64,000 nt of DNA from the human T2T-CHM13v2.0 reference genome, Homo sapiens. The notes beneath the pieces are model-generated. The model searched no databases, was not told the origin of the DNA, and was given only the letters and a program-made list of their open reading frames with translations. The DNA lies in NCBI RefSeq assembly GCF_009914755.1, contig NC_060927.1; one strand, 5' to 3'. Positions within the stretch are counted from its first letter, which is position 1; every line of letters starts with the position of its first letter. Both the position numbers and the translations under genes were made by a program. Positions 1 to 15,097 of the stretch are shown here, piece by piece.

Positions 1-1028
1 AAATTCTTACTGAACCAGAAACAGATGCTGAAGAACTGTTAATCTTTAATAATGATAACAAAGACTCCCTATCAGAAATAAAAGACAATTGTTAATAAAA
101 TGTTGCTTAAAAAATAAATATATCTAAATTAAGTCATACTTTCCTTGTGACTTTCATAGCCATCTAAAAGAGGTAGTTTCTATTGAAAACTATGTATCTC
201 CAGCATAGTATTTATTATTAAAATGTTTCTCGTGATGAAAATATACCCTTGTCAATAAAAACATAGAATGTTCATTGCCAGTCATTCACCATTCAAGAGA
301 GACCATTTATTAAAAGTTATATGCAACAGTGCAGTCCATGGCAAGGATGCATGCAAATGGTGTGAATTATATATAAATTACACCAGAGCTTCATATTAAT
401 GATACTAACTGGCAGTACTAGATATCCTTTCAATGTTTGCTTATTTGAATAAGAAAGGATATAGTTTTACGTAACATTTGGGGAAAAACAGTTACATTTT
501 TCATTAAGTCAAAATAGGACAGACATTTCAACATCGGGAGTATTCCTAACTATCCTATTTCCTTAAAGTCTATTAAATAATGCATCCAGGTAGTAGTAAC
601 TGACAGCCTGTGAACCAATTACAGTTGACAGTCATGGAAAGTCTAGTTGAATGTCACCAAAGAGGGCTTTATTTACTCCTTTTTTCATGCAATCTAAGTG
701 TAAGTTCTACTTCCTAGTACATCTTAGACACATTGATGAAGCTGTGAAAAACATAGATACATATAATGTGAGTAAAATACAGTCTATTTGTGTTCGGTAT
801 TGCAATGTAGTCAATATATACATATATACACATATACTTTTTATTACTTAATAGTTGATTTGCATAGTTCATACTTTCTTCCCTTCTGAATCTGCAAAAT
901 AGTAGCAATAGGATTAGGTCTTCTGTTAGAACTTTTTCTTAAAAACATACTATCAGAAAGAAAAAAAATATTTCAAGAAATATCAGTATCAGTGGAGAGT
1001 TCATAAGTAAGAGCTTACATACACACAT

Positions 1029-1132
1029 TCTGTCTCTCTGTCTCTGTCTCTCTGTCTCTCTCTCTGTCTCTCTCTCTGTCTCTCTCTCACTCATACACAC
1101 ACACGCACACACACACACACAAACACACACAC
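1029..1132. repeat. Compound microsatellite (TC/TCTG)n followed by (CA)n
   Basis: TC-rich run at 1029-1088, then a CA run at about 1095-1132, read directly. Confidence 0.95.
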
Positions 1133-4100
1133 GGAAACTCTATATCCAAACTCTTGCTTCCGGTACACAACTTGTTTCCAAAGTTCTAGACATTTGCTAT
1201 AGTAATAAATTTCTAATTTTTTCAAAGTAAAATAAATCTTGGGCAATCAACACTGTGCTTTACTATTCTACCTGTAAAAGTTTTGGGGAATAAACAACTC
1301 ACTCATAAATACTCATGGTAGTCCTAAACAAATCAAAACCAACAAACAAAAACAGATAAATGAAAAACAACCTAACCAACATTATGATCACCCTTTTATG
1401 CTTTTATTAATAGCAACATTAATTAAGTATATATGATCTTTAAAATTATTTTTGCATATATTTTCATTCTAAATAAATCGGAAATATTCCATTTAAGAGA
1501 ACCTGGAAAGACTTAAAGGACAGAGCTAATAAAAACCAAATAATAATTTCCAATTTTTTGGTACTAAAAATAATTTTTAAAATTTTTATTTAAAGGCACT
1601 TAATTATTTAAAAAGCTCATAACAAGTAATATAATTCTATAAATGACTTATCAATATAAGGGGTGGAATACATTAATGTAATATTTTAAATTTTAAAAAA
1701 GTATAAATATGACAATTTTATTTTCAAGATTTGAATATTCAGAACTTTAAATGTAAGAACTGACGAATGTTGCTATGACATGAAAATTCAGAAAATTCTC
1801 AACCCTAATGATGATTATACTAGTGTTCATTATGGAATTGTTTTAAAATTACATCTCAGCCTTATGAATCATATCAGAAATACACAAATATTATTTAATT
1901 ACCGTCTTTATTTTTCATTTGCTGTGAATCAATTATGAATTTTAGACTATTTGATTTGAATTGAGGCATCACTTAGGAATTGAACAGTCTAAATCTTAAA
2001 AAAGTGGAAGTTGAATCAGTAACACAGTTTTCAGGAATCTCTTGTTGACCTGATTTACACTTCAAATGGATTCACAATATAAACTAAAAATGACTTTAAT
2101 ATTGTACTATTAAATAATAATTTTTAGGTTTTTTATGTAATTGCAGTGTTAATCAAAAATAAACTTTAAAATATTTATTTTATACCTTCTAAAATAAAAC
2201 TAATTTAATCTCTGTGTCATGGAGAATACATATTATATTTCTATCAAACTTCAATCTGCTTTTGATGGAAATGTAATTAAATGGAATCTTTTTAACTAAT
2301 AATTTAAATTATTTTAGATGCCTTGATTTAAATCAATTTCATTCTAAATTGGGATATATGTTTCCTGAATTTAATCTCCGATGATCCACGGCAAGAAAAC
2401 TAAAGAAAAGCCTTTAGTGTTATAATCAGCAAAAAAGAGCAGATTTTAGAAATAGAGCTAATGCCATGTACTAAATGTCATAGACACAGACACAAGATAG
2501 CATAAATCTTACTATCAAACTTGTATATTTTGAAACATCCAAGTATTTTGATCTTAAACAGGATAAACTTATAAAATTTGAATTGTGAGTGAGAATGAAA
2601 GAAAAGACAACTAATAGAAGGTACAAAATTTCAGTGGGCTCTCTTATTTTAGTTTCCTTAAAAAAGAAATTAATGAGCTGCCCTCCAGATAATGGGAATT
2701 GTGCTTGAAGTGGACTGTTTTATTAATATTTTGAAATGGAGTAAAAATTTTTTGAACTAGTCAATTATCTGTAAATGAGAACATGAGTTCCACCTTGACA
2801 AGCAGAATGTCTTAAAATAAATACTGGGGGTATATTAAAACTCATTAGAAAATGCATGGAAAAAATTTCCTGTTTCACCTGACAGCTCACTCTAACGCAT
2901 TAGCAGCTTCCTCCTGGGTGTTAGAATTAATTCTGCCACAAATATATTTAGTAATTTCAGGTCCCCTCCCCAGTAGGTTTCCACACTTCAGTCATCAAGA
3001 TATTGCTGCTTTTCTACATCTCATGCTGTGTAGAGAAATGACAAGACATTGAAGGAAAACCGATTCCTTTGGATAGTAGACATAATCTGTTCAATTGTTT
3101 TGGTATGGCTGCTTCTTTTCCCCAAGGAATTCTCAGAGTTTCCCGCCTTTGCTAACCTTGCTCTAGGAAGCAAATTTGTATCAATTGTTATACATTGTTT
3201 CCAGTGTGAGATGGAGAGGACTAATATTGCTGCTGTCACTCATTCTCCAAAGAGTACTTTGTTTCCTACCAATGAGAACTAAGGTTTTGAGATACCCTTT
3301 AAAGAGGAATATTGGAACACATATTCTAAAACTGGACCATTTACATGATTCTCCCATAAGGGTTTCTTCTCTTCTTGTTTGATTTTGCCCCAAAATGATT
3401 AAATAATCTACTTTTCCCTTTTTGTGATCTTCTATTATTTTTCTTGATAGAATTATTTGACTTGTTTTAGTGAGGATAAGTGGAATCTTGTGTACATAAA
3501 ATAACCAAAGAAACTTTCGGATGTTTTACCCTGAACTAGTAGTTGGTAAATAGACCTACATATTTTCATGGGTTTGTGATCATAGTCACTATTTTTTTGA
3601 AATCTTGCCTCCTTTGGTTCTTATTTTGTTCATAGAGAAGAAGGGCTATTCTTAAAGAACAGCTTTTCTACTTCAGGAACATTAGAGAAGCAATAATTTT
3701 TAGTAAATATTTAGACATACTGGCAATATTTGTTAGTTCATTGCTCAGGCTAGATCATATTGAAGTAGTTTTATATTTCTCTCTTCTCTGCTGGCTGATT
3801 GAATAATAGATGATGATTGCTTTCCTAGCAAGGGGGACGACAAGTTCTACTGGTTTAATAAGACTGTCTTTTAAAAATCTAACAGGCACTGTGCACATTT
3901 TCTCTTCACCAGTGTGCCTCATGAGTTGCATGTCACTAACTGGTTGTGTTTTTAAGAGTACTTATCTTTTCAAAATATCTTATCACAATATCTGTTGAAT
4001 ATAACAGCAGAGAGATTTGGAAAGTTATCTTTATTACCATATAGATGGAGTTTTAAAATAAAATAATATCACACAACAGGGATTGTAAAATTTCTTTTTA

Positions 4101-5307
4101 ATAGATAATACTAATTTTTTTCCCACTTGTGAATTAGTAAACTTACTTATCATGAAAATAAATAGGACAATCTTGGTTGTAATCTGAAATAACTTCATCT
4201 GATATTTCTGTTTGAATATTTTGCATTTAGTTTAGCTATTTTAAATTTATTTCATATAATCTACTAAATAGAATCAATTTGACTCTATATTTTCTTAAAA
4301 AACAATTATTTTCTATTATGAATCAGACTTTAATTTTAAAATATATTGGGTTGCTATTCCATTTTCAATTTAAAATTGCTTTAATTACCACTTGATAATT
4401 TAGGTTTAACTACTATTAATTAATGTGTTGTCTCTTTTTTAATCATTTTTCTTTCTGGTTCCCAGATTTCTCATTTTTGAAATAAATAGATTGAGTGGAA
4501 AATCTCAATACACCTTCATGCTCTAAACTTCCTTGATTTATAACTGTGCTTATAAACTGTAACAAGTTCATAATTAACATTTGCTCACACACAGAATGCT
4601 TTCAAAGCATTAGAAGATCTAAATAAGATTTTTCCAGTCCCTTTAAAATCCATATTTGCTGAATTTTGATGAATAAAGACTGATCTTAAAGTTCTTTTAT
4701 TACTCATCCTTCTATTCATCAGCAGGTAACCTGGGCCATATAATGTTTATAAAATTCATTCTGGGCATCTTCATAAAACAATTATTTGCTTAGCAATCAA
4801 TGTCAAGTGTGTATACCACAGACTCAGACATAGAACTGTACTTTGGTCCAGATTTGGAGTATATATGAAAAAAATATAATGATTAACCTTCAACAATAAC
4901 TTTCTTTACTTTAAGCTGTAACAATTCATTAGCACTCATTTCAGTGCAATGGTGAATCTAGGGAGTTGGTAAATATGCAATTAAAAACAACAGCCATGTT
5001 TTGCTGTCTTGGAGGTTTCACTGGAGCGTGGATATGTGGATGAGAGTGGGGATGGTGCTAGACAGTAAACAAGTAATTGAACAGAGTAAAATGCTACAAC
5101 AAACTAAAAGAAAAAACGTAAGAGACACAGAGCAACCTACTTCAGGTAGAGTAGTCTGGAAAGTAAATTCAGAAGAGGGTGCCTTCATCATAATTTTGAA
5201 TGCTGGGAGACAAAGGAGGTTGTTCCTGAGGCACAGGTGGAGAAGTAGAGTTATCAGGAAAGGGTATGTCAAAATTTTCTTGGTTTTCTATTGCTGATGG
5301 GTTGTAG

Positions 5308-5454
5308 CAGTTGTTCCCAAATCTGGCCCACCATGAGACATGGTGGGTGGACCAATACTGATTCCCCAACTAGGGGTAAAATGCTGGAATCAGCATTTAA
5401 AAAAAAAAAAATCCCCAAAGTGCTATGATATTCAGTCATATTCGGGAACTATTG
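5308..5454. mobile_element. MER5A-type hAT-Charlie DNA transposon fossil
   Basis: Ends CAGTTGTTCCCAA and TTCGGGAACTATTG resemble the MER5 TIRs (cagtggttctcaa / ttgagaaccactg); internal 'ggaatcagcatttaa' is MER5-like. Confidence 0.7.
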
Positions 5455-6296
5455 GGGGTTCAAACTGTTGAATGATGTTTTGACTTTATGACATGGCACC
5501 ACAAATCTTTTCAGTTTCACCTCCTTTGCACTATAACCACCCAACATGCACCTGCACGCACACACACACACAAACGTGTGAGGCATGTACATGGATAAGT
5601 ATGTATCATCACCAGGCTGCTGAATGCTCGTCTGACTGGGCTGTCATCCCATCAAAAACATCCCTCTCCTCCCCTGCTGTCTACTCTTTCACCTCACACT
5701 ACCACACTGCTGCCTTGGTCAAATCTCATTAGTTCTTCAAAGACTAGTTAAGCCAAATTGGATACATTTGTTTATTCGTTTTTAAACTATTGATATTATT
5801 TCCTGCTTTCAAGGTAAGTCCTGTTTGTAAATACTCTGTAAACTTCCTTAACCTAGTTTTACCTTAAGGTATATTTTCCAGACGAAGCCATTCATTCTTA
5901 CGACATTCCACACTTCTCCTTTCTTGTTTATTATCTCTTATCCCTCTCATTTCCTTGAGATCTTGCAGTGCTGGGGCAGGATATTTGGTTTTCGTTTCCA
6001 CAGGGCTATATTTGTATCATTTTGAGATTTAGGATAATATATTAATCATTTGATCTAGGTTAGTAAGTTTAAGTAGGCTTTAAAAATTTTTGTTAAAAAC
6101 ACTCTATTTTTAAAAAATGTTGTACTCTACTGGCTTATTGATTGGATTTATTTGCTTGAATTTTCCCAACAGCAATTTATCTCTGAATGTTCATAATATT
6201 AAATATTTTATAAAAGTATCACTTATTTTAGGAAAGTACAACTAATATTATTGGTGCTGCTTATGATTTTTGGAAGTAATGCACATCTAATTAAAC

Positions 6297-6326
6297 TGTG
6301 TGTGTGTGTGTTTGTGTGTGTGTGTG
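6297..6326. repeat. (TG)n microsatellite with one interruption
   Basis: Read directly. Confidence 0.95.
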
Positions 6327-9300
6327 GTTTTGTTATAAGGCATTCTAAAGCTGTACTTTTCAAAGGAGAAACAAAAAAACATGTTGGCTTTTTATTATAA
6401 TGTGAAATTTGTTATAGTAAGAGTTTTAATGGGAACATTTATTTTATTTTTGCTTGGAAGGTTATGAAATACATTCATAATTCTCTGCTTTTATGAACAA
6501 CATGTTAAGAAAGGGAGTCCTTTAACAGTTTTACCCGTAGAAGTGGGAACAGTATGGTATCTGGGAACACAGTAGGACACTTTATTTTATTTTAGGTAAC
6601 TATTGTTACCTCTGCGAACTATCACTAATGCTCAATTACGAATGAGTCTTCTTTCTTTGTTTTTCTTCCTGAAGCATGTCGATGGATTTCCATTTTTATT
6701 TACTATCTTCTTTGGCTGTTTGTACCAATTAATTAATTCTCATCTAGGGAAACCTGTTTCTGCACTGTGGATAGAATTAATCTAAGCTGCCTTTATTTTT
6801 GAAATACTTATTTACATTGTTTCTTTATTAAAAAATCATTTAGTCAATGTAATTTTCAACAAAGGGAGAAGTGAATAAAATATATTTGGGTCACCTTTGT
6901 ATACAAGGCAATCTGACACAGTTGGGGACTATTTAACCATTTATACCACCAAATGTCCTCTTGAGAATTGTGTGGGTTTCCTTTTCCTTTCTTTGTTTTT
7001 GGGGAAGTATGGACAGGGATAGAGACAGCTTATGCCAGTCAGCAAACTCCCAAAGGGAAAAACATATGGAAGCTCAAAAAATAAAATATTTTCTGTTTCT
7101 CTAGACACTATTTTTAACGCAGACTTTAGAGAATCATTTCCATGTCCTGATGTTGAGCAAGCCTTCAATTATAACATTTCTCTGGCAGTTTAACAATGGA
7201 AAACTTGGGGCAGGAATATCTATTTTCCCATTGATCTCCTCTCTAAACAAAAGTATGGTAACATTCATCAATCTATCTGTTAGTTGATTTATCTCAACAT
7301 CTATTTATCCATCATTTCCTCAACCAAGTGTCAGGAAATGCACACTGATGAAACTGAAGGAACTGGGAGAGGACAACAGCAGCAAGCCTGTTCTCTAGAC
7401 ACACAATCTGGAACTCTGTAAAGTATAGGCTCAGTCTACATGGTTGGGAGAGCTCCATATGTTAAGTTGAATTCTGAGGTTGAAGTTTAAACTGGAAAAA
7501 ACAAAGTTGGGACTTAGAACATTGAGGAAATAGGAAATTATCCCAATGGCCTATTTAGTCAGACAGTACATTGAGAAAAATGCTCACCAATAAGTTCTCC
7601 AGCACGTTAAGATCTATAATCTTCCACACAACTCCTGATGTAATGGAGCCTCAGGAACCATTTGTATAAGTGGTCAGGGTAAAATGACTTTCTAATCACG
7701 AATATATAAAATGCTTTGAGAACATCTGTAAGATACAGAATACATATTTAAAGTAAGCTTTTTTGTTTTATTTTATTTTTACATTTTTATTTATTTAATT
7801 TTTTTTTTGCTTTTGGTTTTTGTACCTAGCATTTGTTCAAATAACTTTTCATATGGAGATACTAACTTAGTATACCACATCATTTTCTGAAGATTGTTCT
7901 ATGGTAATGAATTAGTCATTTTCATGTAAGCTGGACTGAAGCCAGTGATTTGGAGTAATAGAAACTTTGTCTCATCAATCTCATGAACCATTTAGTCCCC
8001 ATTTCAAGAACAATTTTAAGTCTATTTCTAAATGTGTATTCTATTTTTATGTTGTGCCAATCAAATATGCTCTCAAAGGAAAGCTGAGTGAATGGCTCAA
8101 TTATGGCCGTTGATGCCTTTCCCCTCTATTTCAGGACCAGTGCTTCTAAATTACTGTGGGCAAAACTAGGATGTTTCCCATGGGGAAGAATAATGGAAGA
8201 GAGAAAAAAAAAAGATTTGATACTGTAAATTTAAAGTTCAGTATTTTAGCTTTGTTATTCCCTTAATTATAATTATAGAATTATAATTTTAATTTGTGAC
8301 TTGGCTACAATTTTGAGACATTGTATTTGTTTTATTTGTCCATTTAAAAAATCATTTGTCAAAAATAATATTTTTGCCAAAAACCACAGAAGATTAATAT
8401 TTTTTGTCAAAAAGTACTTTTGCATATTATGCATGTGTAATCAAAAAATAATACCTTAAGTATTAATAACCAATTCAAATGTTTTTTGGTACAGGAGTCA
8501 AGACATCCTTTAAGCATAAGTTAAACATGAAATATTTTCCCTATTAGGTGTTTTAAGTTTTCTAGTAGTACCAAAATTTCCCTTTTATAATAATTTTGAG
8601 GAAAGAGTGGGAAAATCATATCTGAATTAGAATATTTACTTTTAGTTGTCATCAATATTTGTAATTTGCCATGCATTAACTATCAATAAACAGCAGCTAC
8701 ATCAAATAAGTAAATATCAGTATTATCTTTGATAAAAAATGCTCTGTAAAGACTGGGAGTAAAAAATAACATGAATGTGTGACCTACGTACCATTTTTCT
8801 TAATGTCTAGACGTCATACAAATATTACCACTGTCTTATTTCTTTGACTATAAGTGTTTCTGAAGAAGCTGATGTGATTATCTTAAATTAGAAGATGCCT
8901 GCTATAACCTGAGATATGTGTTGCTATTCCTTAGCAGAACTTTGGTTTTTATCATTATGTTTTTGGGGCACTTTTTGGCCAAGTTTAATAATTTCATACA
9001 TCCCTGATAACAGTATTCTAATGCAATCACATTCTGTTTTCTGTTCAACTTCTTCGAATTTTTTGTATTTTTATTTTCAATAAGCAAAATTTTTTTTCTG
9101 AAAGTATTTTAGTTACATAAATATTCATAACATGTTCCATAGTGACATTTTACTACATTTTTTCATTATACATCCTATCTGATTTTATCTACTGGCACTT
9201 TTTTCTTTTCCCAGTTAAGAGATGCCCTTTATCTCAAAATGTGGCGATTATGTGGGCTAAAATTATTAATTTTTAAACATATGCCTATATAGTTTAATGT

Positions 9301-9727
9301 GAAATGTGAACAAACTAGAGAAAATCAGTGTGAAATTATCTTTTTATTTATTTAGCACAAATTCCAAAATGTGAAGCATAGCTATACTTCATATCAAATT
9401 ATTCTTATAGAAAGACTAGATTCCTCTCCTCTAGATTGCCTGGGATTATTTGTTTAGACCATTAAATGTTCATTTGTTATCTGTTAAACACTTAAACCTA
9501 AGGATAAACAAATTCTAGATTACCTTTTTAAGAGTTTCAGTTTTCAAATAAAAAATTTATTTCTATGTGTGTAGAAAATGGTCTTTTGTCACTATATCCT
9601 AAGCTATAAAACGAAAGAAAGTTAAATAGAACAAAAAAAGGAACTATGCTACTTCCTGTAACTGATGGTAAATTCGTAAGACTAATACTATAAATATGGC
9701 ATAGTTTAACATTTTTGGAATAATTCA

Positions 9728-10115
<388 letters not shown>

Positions 10116-12519
10116 TTAAATAATTAACAAATATTAAAATACTTCGTAAAAGCTTTTACTTATAAAGTAGGAAATATATGTATTGATATGATTATTTAAA
10201 AGTAAAGTATATAGGTAAGATGGGAGGGAAAGAAGGGAAGACAGAAGGAAAAATAAAATAAATGAGAGAGGGAGAGGTAGGAAGGAAGACAGAGAAAGAT
10301 GGGAGAGGGAGAATGTCAGGAAAGAGATTTGCTTCAGGGATAGTTGTCAGGACTCAGGACAAGTGCTTATAAAATGTGGTTAGGAAGCATTCTTTTTTCT
10401 TTTTTTTGCCTGTGCGTTTAACTAAATTCCTTTTACAGTCAGTTTTGCTCAGGATAAAGGGATGGAAAAACCTTAGTATTAACTTACAAGTAGTGCCACC
10501 AAATTGTAAGGTGCCAATATCAGACACCTTGTGTTCCACTCTATATTCTCTTCAAAAAATACAACCTTGAGAATTCATTTATTAAAATATTTTGCATACA
10601 TTACCTCATAGGTGGTCTTGAGTTTGTTTCATTGTGATGAATATAATATTGAATTTTAAGACCTTTGAACAATGGCAATATATATTTTTAAAAGGGAGAG
10701 TGGATAGTTAAATCAAAATGACTGCTCAAATTTGTAAAGGTAAATAAGAACTGAGCCTTGATTATCATAGATTTAACTGAAAATAAAAGCAACAGAATCC
10801 AACTACCTTCGTTAGCTATTGTGCATGATTTTTTTGTGAAAGTTATGATATATGATTGTTTGTATGAAGCAAAAACATGTTTAATTCAAAACTATCACTC
10901 TACCAACAAGGTCATTCTGGTTGTTATTTTTATCACCACAGTCATGGGGCATAGGATTATATTTTCTTCTATATAATAATAATATAATACAAATATATAT
11001 ATATGAAATGGTAAACTGTAACAGCAATAAAATTAGCTTTCATAGCATCATCTTCAAACCAAAATATATCAAAATCTATAAGAAGTTAATTATTAATCAA
11101 ACTGGGTAATCTTCAATTATTAAATGATTATTTCCAAATAATAAGATTTAATAATTATTATGAATAAAATTAAACATTCTTTTCTCATGTATTATGAAGA
11201 AATGATAAATGTAAATCTATACTTACAACGGTCAGAAAAAATTCCCCTGAAAGTGGAACAAGTTTTAACCCCAAAAGGACATATTTTTAAAAGATTAATC
11301 TGTTTTGTGTCCTTTGGTTTGCTAATAGCTTCCACTTATTAAATATTCTCTGATGAGAAATTACTGCTTTTAACATCCAGTCTCCTATTTTAAAAACCCT
11401 ACTTTACAGGTATTAGGAGAGATCTAAGTGAAAAATAAGCCCAGTGAATGGCTGTTCAATTAGGGTGTAAAACCTTTTTAAGTGCCATTTCAAAAAGTCA
11501 GACTATGTACTTGATAGAACTTAGAGGAGGTCATGTGCCAAAGAATTACTCATAATGATTTAATTCATTCATTTCATAGATTATAGTTTCTGCTCTTCTG
11601 TTGATGCACAATGGATTTATGTGTTTAACTCCCATTAACACTAATAGTGGCTTTGTGCATAAAACAGAAATACATTTAAAAGACATAGTCTCTTTTCCTG
11701 TCTATTAACCATCTACCGTCTTTTCTTTGTAAAGGAAAAAATTTGAATTTAGATAAAAATTTTAAATTCTATTATAAGGACATTTAAATTATTGACAGTT
11801 TACTTAGAGAAATATTTTTATCATTTAAAATCTTCTAAAAATGATTACCTTAAAAATGCAGAGGTTTTTTTTATCCCTGTGATTATTTGGGATTAGTTTT
11901 TCATGTTGTTTATTGAATCATTGCAGGACATTTAACCCTTGAAATTAATAAGTATTCTATTGCTATAGATAACATTAGGCTTAAAACCCTCTCTTTCCCT
12001 AGGTTAAACATTTAAAAAATTGTTTTTCATTGTAAGACTCTATTTTGACTATCTTACTTCTTAAGTCTGATGTAGCTCTAGTGTAGAGAACATTTAAAAT
12101 GGTAGTGGCAATGTGTCCAAATTAACTTCTCTGACAGATGGATTGCAAAGGCAAAATGGACATTTATTTGATGTGATACTTAGGAATCAGCATAAAGACC
12201 TGAAGGTGCGTTGAGTTTTGTTTCTGGAGATAGTGCATACAACTTATTAGTGTTGTGCAGTTTAAGGTGAGTTACAGTAAGATAATATACAGACTTTACG
12301 TGATCTATCTGTCTCTTTTGCAGTAGATGAACATAAAAACTCTAAGTAATAATAATTGGAAGACAATAAAGTACACTTCTCTAAGTAACCAAATCATGCA
12401 TTATTCATGCTACAATGTACATACAGTATACATCTATGTAAATATTACTTTATTTGAAAGCTACAAATGATGGTTATTCAAAATAATTTGTTAAAAAGAT
12501 AAAACCAAAACATAACTCT

Positions 12520-13625
12520 TACTGTTCTTTCACTGGAAACCCTCTAATGAATCCCCATGTCATTCAGAGAAAAAGACAATTTTCTTACAATGGCCTATAG
12601 TGCTTTAATAGAAATATAATGAAAGACACCTGTGGTGGTATATTTTCTAGTAGTCACATTGATACAGGTATAAAGAAACAGATGAAATTATGCTTAATAA
12701 TGTATTTCATTTAAACCAATCTATCCAATATATGATCGTTTCAATACATAATTGAAAATGAAATTTTTTTCATACTTATCCTAAATTCTAGTGGGTATTT
12801 CACACTGACAGCACCTCTCAATTTGGGCGCAAAATTTTTAGTAGGAATACTTGATTCATATTTATATTCAAAAAGTTAACAGTTGAGAAAGATTCACATA
12901 CCCAAGATGTTTGCAAATATATTTTAAAATGTTTCAGTAATTGAATTGACTACCAAGAATAACGTGTATCCATATTATTATTATGACAAAAGTGGTTCAG
13001 TTTTAATATTTAAATTGATTAAATGTAACGTACAATTAAAAAAAATTCCCGGTTGCATTAGCCACATTTTGAAGGCATTGTAAGTTCATGTGACTACCAT
13101 ATTGCACAGTGCAGCTGTATTTACCAGAGCTCCCGTTACCACTTTCACCTCATTTTCTGCTACTCCTTCCCACTTCTCTCCAGCCACATTAACTGTCTTA
13201 CTCTGCCTTAAACCCTCCACATACTCTCCTGCCTTAGAGCCTTTGTACTATTTCCTTTGCCTACGATGCTATTCGTCCCAACTTTGGCATTGCTGACTCC
13301 CACAACTCCTTCAAATCTTTGCTAAAATCTCAACTTCTCAGTGGTGCTTACCCTGACTCATTATTGAGAAAATCACTCTCCCATCTCACCTCTACCTTTA
13401 TCCTGTTCTTATCTTTTTCTCCCTGAAAATCTTATGTCTTGCCAATATAATAAATGATACTCTCTCCCTCCCTTATGTTGTTTATTTTCTTCCTTGATTA
13501 GAATAAAAACTTGAAGTTGTGACAACTTTTTATCACTTTATTTCACTGACATATACCAAGCAGTTAGAATAGTTCCTGGCACATAATTTGTGTTCAATAT
13601 GTTTCTGTTGAATTAATAATTAAAT
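12520..13625 (+). mobile_element. L2 LINE 3' fragment interrupted by a Charlie element
   Basis: 'cttacaatggcctata' before the insertion and 'ctccagccacat...cctgccttagagcctttg' after it; L2-type 3' end 'ttcctggcacataat...tcaata...gttgaattaat'. Confidence 0.75.
12598..13114 (+). mobile_element. MER33/MER3-family (Charlie5-derived) hAT DNA transposon fossil
   Basis: 5' 'aatagaaatataatg...ttttctagtagtcacatt...aagaaacagatgaaatta' and 3' 'tagccacattt...gactaccatattgcacagtgcag' match the MER33 ends; the interior is longer than MER33. Confidence 0.8.
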
Positions 13626-15097
13626 AGCTTCCTACAGTTTGGATTTGCAACCTGAGGTAGCAACCTGGGGGGCAGAAAATGGGCCTTATAGAAGAGGAAT
13701 TATTTCATGATAATTCTGTTTAAATCAGCCAGCTCCCTCACTAAATGTCTGTTGGGAAAAGAAAAAGTGTCAGCATTGGAGAGGGAGTCAGGGAACCTAA
13801 TTTTTGTTCTCACGTATATCAGTAATAACCTCACATTTCCGGGATAGAGATTTTTCTTCTCTATATTATGAGAAAAATGGAATAAGTATCAACTTTCCTT
13901 CCATTTTTAAAAATCCTACTCAGAGGTATTCCTCTCAAAAAAAAAAAAATCCAGAAAAATTTGAATAAACCAATCCACTAGGAGCAAGATGCAATTTAGC
14001 ATAGCTCAGTAAGCAACCTGATGCTGTACATATTTGCAAGGTTTTGCACTCCAAGAGCACTGTAAAAGCAGAGCCCATAAAGGAGGGGAAAAAAGAACAA
14101 ATACTTGAGAAGAAATTGTCATAGCCAATATTTGAGACAATGAATACAGAACTTATGATGGTGAGAACTTTACTGAAGGACATGTGCCTCTCAAAACATT
14201 AAAATGTACCTAATTTAGTGATCAGGCCTAAGCAGTTTTTTTGTTTTTTTTTTTTAATATCATAAGGTCTCCTAAAACATAATTTGAACCAATAGAAGTT
14301 TAGCAAAGCCTGGAAATGATATAACTTGCAACATTTAGATTTTCTTCTGTAAATAGTTGAGGTCTGTATGACATGGAAGTTGTGAAAATAAATGACTATC
14401 TTCAATTAGGAAGTCTTCATTTAAGAGGGGAATATTTAAAATGGTAAAATAAGGCAGAATGTGGAAATTTCTTTACAAATTGTACACATGTCTAGAGGAT
14501 TCCAGAGATAGAAAAGATTATTCTTTGCCAGAAAATGTAAAGAAAAACTATTGGAGGGGTATCGTCAACTATTTTAACTTGTTTGTGGGTTACATTTACT
14601 TAATATTCTCAGTTTGTTTGTTCTTATTGTTGTTTTACTATCTCCCTTATTTGGTAGTAAATACAAGCATGTGTAAAATTTTAGGAGTCAGAAACTAGAC
14701 CTGATTTCTGATCAGGAATTTAAATCCATGTTGTAAGTGAATCTCACAAAAAGTAATATTTATTTCTCTGGGGCAAAATGTCACATTAGAGCATAATAAG
14801 CGATGGTGAGCTATTTTAATTCTCCTAAAATGCAACACAACTATTGAATTAAAATTCGTTACATTCTTGAGAGTTTATAACTTTTTCATATACTCCATTA
14901 GATAACAACACTGAGTCATTTCAAATGTAGTTACATTAAAAGGCATGTTGGAATGTACTTTAATTACCATGATAATAGTGACAATGCTTACCAGGAAAAG
15001 AAAAGCATATTGTTCAATTAGTGTTCAAATAAAAACAACTGTATATCTTTTAGAAGAAAATGTTCCAGATTCTGCAACTTCAAAAAAAAAAAAAGGT

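Noticed and set aside
3049-3282. ORF containing 'EFPAFANLAL...CE', loosely like a hAT dimerisation domain; 2860-3980 looked pseudogene-like
   Set aside because: Motif spacing does not fit, and partial manual translation of the flanks gave no recognisable protein. A Dfam or BLASTX search would be needed.
5327-5347. GC-rich 9-bp hairpin CCCACCATG-AGA-CATGGTGGG
   Set aside because: It lies inside a MER5-type element and is too short to call a structured RNA.
5811-5819. Isolated consensus splice donors (AAGGTAAGT here and at 55485-55493)
   Set aside because: About chance frequency, with no convincing exon context.
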